Part shown: positions 56,201 to 64,000 of the stretch, one piece after another
How positions within the stretch are numbered: position 1 is the first letter of the stretch
How the letters are laid out: every line of letters starts with the position of its first letter
Assembly: GCA_043228905.1 (NCBI GenBank)
Contig: JBHGNT010000013.1
Coordinates: 992,001-1,056,000, forward strand
Reading direction: 5' to 3'
DNA: 64,000 nt
DNA from: Azolla caroliniana
Taxonomy: Eukaryota > Plantae > Polypodiophyta
Program-made: the position numbers and the translations under genes
The notes under the pieces: model-generated
What the model was told of the DNA's origin: nothing
Databases searched by the model: none
Seen by the model: only the letters and a program-made list of their open reading frames with translations

Positions 56201-58725
56201 TAAGGAGCTATTAGCAATAGTGGACTCCTTTACACAATGGAGGTATTTTCTAGAGGGATCTTCTCATCAAGTCACCGTATTCGGTGATCACAAAAACCTT
56301 GCCTATTTTCAAAATGCTCGTGTGTTAAATCGACGTCAAGCTCGGTGGGCCCAATTCCTCACTTGTTTCGACTTCAAAATTACATATCGTTCGGGGAAGC
56401 AAAAAGGGAAGGCAGATGCATTATCATGGCGCTCGTCTCTAGCACCATGTCCTGGCGAGCTAGCTTTCGATAACCAAAAGCAAGTAATCCTGGGACCGGC
56501 ATGACTGCAAGCAACGCAGGTCTTCGGTATGCCCTTGGATTCCCACGTTATCGATACCATATGTGAGGACTTGAAGACAGATGCTTTCGCCCAAGCCATT
56601 CTAACACAAATTGATCCCTCTCGAGCATCTTGTTCATAATCGCAACAACCAAGTACGGACTATCGACAATTCGAATGTCATGATGGATTACTATTCTTTA
56701 AGAAACTCTTGTATGTTCCTAATGGTTCTTGTCGCCTTCGAGTAGTCCAAAACTATCATGATACATATACAGCTGGGCATTTTGGTAGTACTAAAACATT
56801 AGATTTAGTACAACGATCATTCTGGTGGCCCCATATGCGACAATTTATCGAAGATTTTGTTCGGACTTGTGATACATATTGCAGAGCAAAAATGCCAAGG
56901 CATCATCCATATGGTTTATTAGAACCATTACCAATTCCAAGCAAGTCGTGGCAATCCATTGCTCTAGATTTCATCACAGATCTTCCGATCTCTAAGGGAT
57001 TCGATGTGATCTTAATAGTAGTAGATCGATATATGAAGATGACCCATTTCCTGCCATGTACTAAGGAAATCTCCAGTGAGGAAACCGCTGAAATTGTCAT
57101 GCGTGAAGTATGTCAGCATCGTGGCCTTCCCGATAGTATCATCAATGATCGTGGACCCCAGTTCGTCTCAAAATTCTGGAAGCACCTCTTTAAAATGCTC
57201 AAGGTCACTGACTCACTTGTAACCTCTCCTTCGGCTACCACCCGCAAACAGACGGCCAAGAAGAACGAACAAATCAAACCCTGGAGCAGTACCTTCGGTA
57301 CTTTCTAAGCTATCATCAAGATGACTGGGCGGATATTCTCCCCTTCACCGAATTTGCGTATAATAACTCTGTCCACTCATCGACAAAGGTTACACCATTT
57401 TATGCTTATACGGGTTGTCACCCCCGGTGGTGTGTATTTGAAACCCCAAAGTTACCCACAAATCCTTGCGCAGAGGATTGTTTGGAGCGGTTACGCAAGA
57501 TACAAACGGATTTATCTACTCATCTACATCAAGCTCAACAAACACACAAGGTTTATGCGGATTTTCAAATCTTTAGTAGTAACCGAGCAATGTACACTAA
57601 AAATTCTGTCCCCCATACTATTAACCTAAATAAAAATTCTAATCACACACTCACACCCAACCCCAAAAAGAATCTAAACTTTACCCTAAACCCTAATCTA
57701 GAACCTAAGTCTAACCCAAACACTAACTCTAATTCCAAAAATACCACTAACCCTTTCCTAACTCTCACCCTAACCCAAACCACCACTCCAATAATAACTC
57801 CAAATAAGCGCAACGTCCTCATCATCGAGCATCTAACCTCCTTTTCACCTGCAACACCGCAACTAATGAGGTTAAACAACGCTAACAAAACTTCCCGCCG
57901 CCGCCGCCCCTTCTCCGCCGTACACATGGTACGCCCTACGATAATTGGACATCACAGAAACGTGATCCACTGCACAATAACCAACAACATGCCGCGGTTG
58001 ATCATGGCCTCTTTCATCAATCGTTCCCCCCCCCTATTGTAAACGAGTATGGGACTGTGTTGGACAGCCATCTCGTGCACCCTTCCCCCTCCCAACATGG
58101 CGTGTTGTTTGGGACTGTGCAAGGCAGCCAACACACATTCGCGCCGCCCCTCCTTCCAACCCCTCATCCATGCTCACAACAGCTTGACCTCTCACATTTT
58201 TAGAACCCTAATTACTCCCATTTCTCTGTTCCCTCCACACATCCCCCTTTGTCTTCATATGGAGGCAACCTCCATGAACAAATGCCTCCTCCCGTCCCCT
58301 CTCCCTCTCAATTATTTCCATATCTCATACATGCCCCTGCATTACTTCCCGATAATCTAACTCATGCCCCCCCCCCCCCTATTTTGCCCCTAATTCACAT
58401 ACTACCCCTCCCCCTCCTTTATCTAATTTTCATTCGCCCCCCCCCCACTTTTTTTTACCCCATTTATTGAAAACCCCCCCTCTAACTCATACTCTACCCC
58501 TCCCTCCTATCCTAATAAACCTCCTTATTATCCCCTCTCTAATATAAAAACCCCCTTCACCCACCACACCACCCCTCCCTCCTATCCTAATCATAAACAT
58601 TATAGAAATACACCACACTCCACTAATCCTCCCCCTACCACACACCATAGGAACCCACCTTCTAGCCGACCAAAAAATGACTAGCACAGTGTGCTAAGCG
58701 TGTTAACAAACACTTTAGACACATC

Positions 58726-60636
58726 ATGCATCCTTGTAGACGCCTATTTTATCTTCTTCATAGGACCACCTCCACCCCAGACACTTTTATGTGGCTAGGT
58801 AATACAAATACATCTTTCCCCTTCCGCCCACGCCATAAAAAACCCAATAGTAATAGACCACGAAAAAAGTTTTGGAAACCACTTAGTGCTACCCTTCAAA
58901 TAGAAAGTAAAATTCACAATTTATCTAAACACCCACTCACAAATAATGAAACACAATTGCTAAGCTTAGGACTCAAATACATTCCACCATCCTCTCTACC
59001 TTCCACTAATACTATCATTAAAGAATTTGCTAGTTTAAGTAGATCTTTACGTTTAAAACATTTCTTTAGAGACATGGACTCACCCCCCCTTAATCCATTT
59101 AAACTACCAAATCCTAACTGGAATCCACCATCTCAATATCCCCCTCTTGAAAATATTATTAAAAAACATGAAACCCGCCTTTTGTCTAAACTCCAACAAC
59201 CTAAACCCAAACCCATTAGGACACCATTTCACCTTCGCACAAGCCTTAAGAGCCTTAGGAAAAACAACCAAATTATCGTTCTTCCGGCTGATAAGAACAT
59301 GGGAGTATGTGTTCTAGACAAAGATACCTATTATGAAAAAGCTATAAACCACCTGTCGGATACCACCACCTATAGAAAAGTAACCCATTTTCCATTAGAA
59401 GAACTCTTATATCGCCTAAATAGTATAGTGCAAAAAATCTAGGGACACTTTCCTTTATCAAAGCTAATTACATACTCCATAAACTCGTAAAGGGATATCA
59501 AGTATCTAATATTTACTTTCTCCCAAAACTCCATAAAACACCCATTAGCTTTAGACCCATCTGTTCTTATAATAACTCGATATTCGAGCAAACCTCGAAA
59601 TGGCTACATTTTCAACTTTTACCCATCCTAGTACTCCAAAAACAATACCTAAAAGACTCACACTCACTCATCCAGAAACTAGAACAATTAACCCCTCCTC
59701 CTAACAGTTTCATCTTCTCTTTTGATGTAGAATCCCTTTATCCTAGCATCCCCCCTAAGTTAGGACTTGAAGCACTTCACCATATCATCTCTCCCCATTT
59801 TTCCTTAGCCAAGACTAATATTATCTATACCCTTAGCGCTCTAACCCTAGAGTATCACTATCTGACCTTCGATAATCAAGTATACCAACAAATCAAAGGA
59901 ACAACCATGGGTAGCAACTTCTTAGTTGTCTATGCATGCCTTTTCTTATCACACCTAGAAAACTCACAAACCACACCCCATCTCTTCTATTTTACTAGGT
60001 ACATAGATGATGCATTCGGGGTTTGGACAAGTACGAAACCCCAACTCTTAGACTACCTCAGTTTCTATAGCCTTATGACCAATAACTCTATTAAACTTAC
60101 GATCCATACATCCCCCACTAGGCTCCCTTTCTTGGATATTTGGATCAATCTAGAGAACTCTAAGTTCTCTTTCAATTGTTTCCAAAAACCATTAAATTCC
60201 TATCAATATCTTCCCTTCTCTTCAGACCATCCCATACATGTCAAACAAAATTTTATTTTGAACGAATTAAAACGCTACCTAGTTAGAGAAAGCACACTTA
60301 TAGGGTACCTAGAAATGAAAAAACGTTTCTTCCTTAGACTCATTAGCCGAGGTTACCCACCAAATTTCATCCTTAAAGCCTTTAATAAACATCCTTTCTC
60401 CCTTAGGAATACTCTCATCAATAAGCATAAAAACAAATATTCCCTTAAACCTACCATATTCAAGCTTAGGTACTCTAAAAACTCCCCTAAATTAGGTATC
60501 CACTTGTTTTTACAAGACTTACATGCCGACCTTGGCCTAGATCCCCAACTAAAAGACATTCCTAAGCCTTTCATATGTTAGACCAAGTCCAAATCACTCT
60601 ATTCTTATCTAGTCAAAACTAAATATATTAGATCCC
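58726..60636 (+). pseudogene. PLE reverse transcriptase ORF (frameshifted; last few codons resume after the LINE insertion and end ~61560)
   Basis: N-terminal IHNLSKHPLT...LSLGLKYIP; LPADKNMG; FLPKLHK...FRPICS; FDVESLYPSIP; QIKGTTMGS; RYIDD; thumb YLPFSSDHP...RGYP. These motifs are typical of PLE/telomerase-related RTs. Confidence 0.88.
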
Positions 60637-61530
60637 TACGCGGGGCAAGGAAGCAAACCCATCCCTTTCTTCCAATTCACAACTAGATTGGGTCACCACA
60701 TTCTAGCTGCTCAAGCCGCCCGAGAACCGGTTGCTGCAAAGGTCTGGCGCACATTTCAAGTTCCCTCCGCAATAATCACCAAGTTTTGGCAGAAAATCTG
60801 GAAGCAACAACACGCGAGGCGAATTACCACTTTCCACTGGCTGTTAATACATAAGTCCCTACCGGTGGGAGCATGGCAACGTGGGAACCTTAACTCTCCT
60901 AATTGTGTAGAGTGCCCACAGTCAGTAGAATCCATACGACACGCTCTGTGGGACTGCCCAACGTCCCATAGAACATGGCGGGGGGTTGGCCGATTGTTGC
61001 AGTTATGACAAGTGCAAGGTTCAATCAAGTGGGGAAATATATGTTGGCTATCATGGCAGGCTGCAATTGGCCGATACAAGCATCAGGAGGAGGGGATGAC
61101 TTTGGTGATAAAAGCACAAGAGGTTCTTTTCTCCTCCAGCGACAATGTCCACTATTTTCCTCTTAATGACAAATCTCAAGGGGTGTTGGAATTGGTCAGC
61201 CCAATAACCCTTTGGATTCTATGGAAACAACGATGTAGGCGAGTCTTTTCCAACCAAACCACCCATCCAACAAGGTTACTGCAAGAGATATGGAGTGAAA
61301 TTGTAGCCACTCTAAAGAGCCAATATGATGGCCTTAAAGGTGGCTCCGAGGGAGTTGAAAGACAAAGCATAGCCTTCATCCAACAATGGTCGTCCTCTCC
61401 CTTTCTTGAGTCAGTGGGCTTCCACATTAGATGGAACTATCGCGTCCCTTTAGGGATTTGTACATAATCGCCTCATTTGTAAAAAATTTATAACTAATGG
61501 AAGGAGTTTTTTTTTTGGAAAAATAAATAA
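60637..61530 (+). mobile_element. 5'-truncated L1-like LINE inserted at the end of the PLE ORF
   Basis: zf-RVT CVECPQSVESIRHALWDC and LWILWKQRCRRVF; A-rich tail; perfect 16-bp TSD AAATATATTAGATCCC (60621-60636 and 61531-61546). Confidence 0.9.
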
Positions 61531-61786
61531 AAATATATTAGATCCCCAAATCCCCATTAAAACATCACACTTACTATTGCTATCATTCTACTAGAACTAA
61601 ATATAATAGATCCCCAAATCATCCCTTACCATCAAACTCATTAAGCTATCCCTCTCTACATTCACTACCTCCCTAACTCCCACATCCTCCTTTATACACA
61701 TTCAAATCCCCTCTTATCCATCCCCACCACTCCCCTTCACTCTTCTTTCATCTTCCCTTATATAAGCCTCTCACATTTTTGTATAT

Positions 61787-61839
61787 GGTCTTCAGCATTG
61801 ATGAGCTCATATAGAGCGAAACATGTTTGCCAAAAGACC
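61787..61839 (+). ncRNA. Minimal type-I hammerhead ribozyme (two probable C>T changes)
   Basis: Stem I GCA/TGC extended by GGTCTT/AAGACC; core (C>T)TGATGA at 61798-61804; stem II GCTC-ATATA-GAGC; GAAA at 61818-61821; palindromic mini stem III AC-AT-GT; cleavage triplet GTT. Confidence 0.75.
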
Positions 61840-62707
61840 TTTTCTTACATAAATTGAAATTTGAATTCTCTCTCTCTCTCTCTCTCTCTTCTCCTCCCCT
61901 ACTACTCTCTTTTATACTATTCTTTAGGTACCATGCTATTTACCCTAACTATTCAACCACCGAAGGTTATACGCTCGCACTCCTTGCTTAGGCCATACGG
62001 CCCACAACTACTAAACCGGCTTCCATCCAGTTTTAACATTGGAGATCGGGTATGGCTACTACGACGACACATCAAGATTACTGGAACCCCAGAGTTACCC
62101 ACAAATCCTTGCGCAGAGGATCATTTGGAGCGGTTACGCAAGATACAAACGGATTTATCTACTCATCTACAACAAGCTCAACAAACACACAAGGTTTATG
62201 CAGATCGTCATCGGCTTCTATCCAGTTTTAACATTGGAGATTGGGTATGGCTACTACAACAACACATCAAGACTACTGGCCCATGCAAGAAGTTGGATTA
62301 TCGGCGATTAGGTCCTTTTCGTATTATCGAAAAAATTAATGATTTCGCTTTTTGTCTCGATTTACCTCCACAACTTCGGATACATCCGGTGTTTCATAGT
62401 TCTCTCCTCAAACCCTATCAAGACAACACCATCCCAGGTCGTATTAAACAACCTCCACCCTCGATCGAACTTGAAGATGGACCTAAGTATGAGGTTGTCG
62501 TCATCCTCGATTCCAAGATTGTTCGCAACAAGCTCTACTATTTAGTCGATTGGCTAGGATATAGTCCCAGCGAGCATACTTGGGAACCAATAGAGAATGT
62601 GACCAATGCTTGTGCTCTTCTTGAAGACTTCCATCGTCAATATTCACACAAACCGGGTCCTCAATCCAAAACAACTCGTGACACTCTTCGTTTTGAAGGG
62701 GGGATAG

Positions 62708-63003
62708 TGTCATGATAGGGCAAGACTCGAACCTGTGACCTTATGTTACATGGGTCGAGCTCTTGACCATTAGACTATATGTTGTAAGACGAAGGATATT
62801 ATTTTCATTTAAGTTTTACTATAGAAAATTGATGTATATTCCAGATTTCTCTGGAACATTCTAGAAACTTCAGGAGTACTCCTGAGAACACTATAAAAGG
62901 AGGCACAAGGCATTATTCCAAACCAAATTGGTTTAAGGCCAGTCTTAAGCCTCCTAGCTACTATTGTATATTCTCTTAACATAATATATATCTTTCGTTA
63001 TCA

Positions 63004-63048
<45 letters not shown>

Positions 63049-63103
63049 TCCTTCTCTCGAGAGTTCTACACCTCCCTTAGTACTAATCCTCATCTTTTAG
63101 TAC
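62708..63103 (+). repeat. 3' LTR of Gypsy G (3' end removed by a deletion)
   Basis: Direct repeat of 52844-53214. It stops at ...CTTTTAGTAC and joins the Copia H RT with no TSD. Confidence 0.88.
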
Positions 63104-64000
63104 GTATAGAATGCTCACCTCCAATGACCAGATCATCCATGTATAGAATGATGACAATTGGATTTTCAGAGTTGTTTCATACGTCGAGGGAGTTATCAAA
63201 TTTCGACATTCGAAAGCCGATTCGATGAAGATATTGTGTTATCTTCGAGTGCCAAGCACACGGTGCTTGCTTAAGGTCGTAGAGTGGCTTCTTCAGTCGG
63301 CAGACTACTTTCAAATGGATGCTCGATTCGAAGCCGGGTGGTTGTACCATGTACACCTCCTCTTCTAATTCGCCTTGAAGAAAGGCGTTCTTTACGTCCA
63401 TTTGATGGAGGTCCCACCCTTTCACCGCTACAATTGCAATTATGGTCCACACAATCATCATCTTTGCCATCGGGGCAAAGGTCTCTTCATAATCGACTCC
63501 ATATGTTTGTCTATATCCTTTGGCTACGAGTCGAGCTTCGTAGCGGTTGAGAGAACTGTCGGCATTATACTTCACCTTGTAAATCCATCTGTAGCCGATT
63601 GCCTTCTTGTGCGATGCAGTGCAGCATTATACTTTATCTTGTCAATCCATGATGTCGATTCATCAAAGACTACATCTCGACTCACATGAACCTTCCGAGT
63701 TGAGGGGTTATAGCACCTATACCCCTTTTGCTCCAGTGAGTATCCTACAATGATACATTTCTCCGACTTTGGGTCGAGCTTTTATCGCTTCTCATCGGGG
63801 ATGTGCACGTATGCAATGGAGCTGAATATCTGAACATGTGATAGATCTGGATTCTTTCTGAAAAACTTATTATGCAGGGTAACTTCATGCACACTGGTTC
63901 ATTAGGTAATGGTTGTGTTGGCAGCTTCTGCCCAATACGACTTTCACATGTGCTTCTCGTTAAGCATGGCCGGTGCTACTTCGAGGATGTGCCGATTCTT

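Larger units (their letters stand above)
57563..62015 (+). mobile_element. Penelope-like retroelement (PLE), no GIY-YIG endonuclease visible, with a 3' hammerhead ribozyme
   Basis: Inserted at Gypsy ...TATGCGGAT|CCGGCTTCC..., judged against the uninterrupted duplicate at ~62195-62220. C-rich sense strand; PLE-type ORF; hammerhead motif near the 3' end. Confidence 0.85.
52844..63103 (+). mobile_element. Ty3/Gypsy chromovirus G (gag-PR-RT-RH-INT-chromodomain), degenerate, with a nested Penelope-like element
   Basis: LTRs 52844-53248 and 62708-63103 (3' LTR truncated); PPT GAAGGGGGGATAG; protease LLDSGANSCF; [15 protein letters not shown]; RNase H ADASDFALG; integrase ALDFITDLP/DRGPQF; chromodomain YEVVVILD...YLVDWLGYSPSEHTWEP. 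Confidence 0.93.
51652..64000 (-). mobile_element. Ty1/Copia LTR retrotransposon H (3' LTR, RNase H 52142-52843, RT/integrase 63104-64000), split by Gypsy G; runs off the right edge
   Basis: HARAKHIEVHYHFIRE (52093-52422); [18 protein letters not shown] (63177-63575); integrase end at 63640-64000; PPT at 52142-52155; LTR begins TGTTGAGAATC at 52141. The far LTR end (51652, or possibly 51403) is uncertain. Confidence 0.85.

Noticed and set aside
57862-57895. Possible second hammerhead (CTAATGAG...AAAAC) in the PLE 5' region
   Set aside because: Both core boxes are mutated and stems I and III cannot be formed convincingly.
61985-62003. GGCCATAC resembling a 5S rRNA 5' end (SINE3-like)
   Set aside because: Only an 8-nt match with no internal A/C boxes following.
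61861-62715. 284-aa chromodomain ORF as a host or domesticated gene
   Set aside because: It is PLE 3' sequence read into the duplicated Gypsy integrase C-terminus and chromodomain, ending in the PPT/LTR.

Overview
Eukaryotic land-plant nuclear DNA. The element types suggest a fern or other non-seed plant, but that is an inference. Two intact spliced host genes are present: a clade-E-like protein phosphatase 2C (+, 14840-18083, 5 exons, 440 aa) and an organellar prolyl-tRNA synthetase (-, 50393-43641, 11 exons, 599 aa). Most of the remainder is decayed, nested transposons in four clusters. (1) 1-10.35 kb: a chromovirus-type Gypsy inside a Copia inside another Copia. (2) 19.0-36.8 kb: LINE < Copia < Copia < Copia < Athila-like Gypsy, plus a hAT MITE. 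(3) 37.4-42.3 kb: LINE < LINE with an apparent 5' inversion < hAT MITE. (4) 51.6-64 kb: Copia < chromodomain Gypsy < Penelope-like element < LINE. The most notable items are an apparently endonuclease-less Penelope-like retroelement with a minimal hammerhead ribozyme and telomere-like 5' repeats at an interstitial site; Tf1-style self-priming signatures and -1 frameshift hairpins that co-vary between two Gypsy families; and a hidden ~1000-codon extra ORF in the Athila-like element. All coordinates were read by eye and may be off by a few bases.
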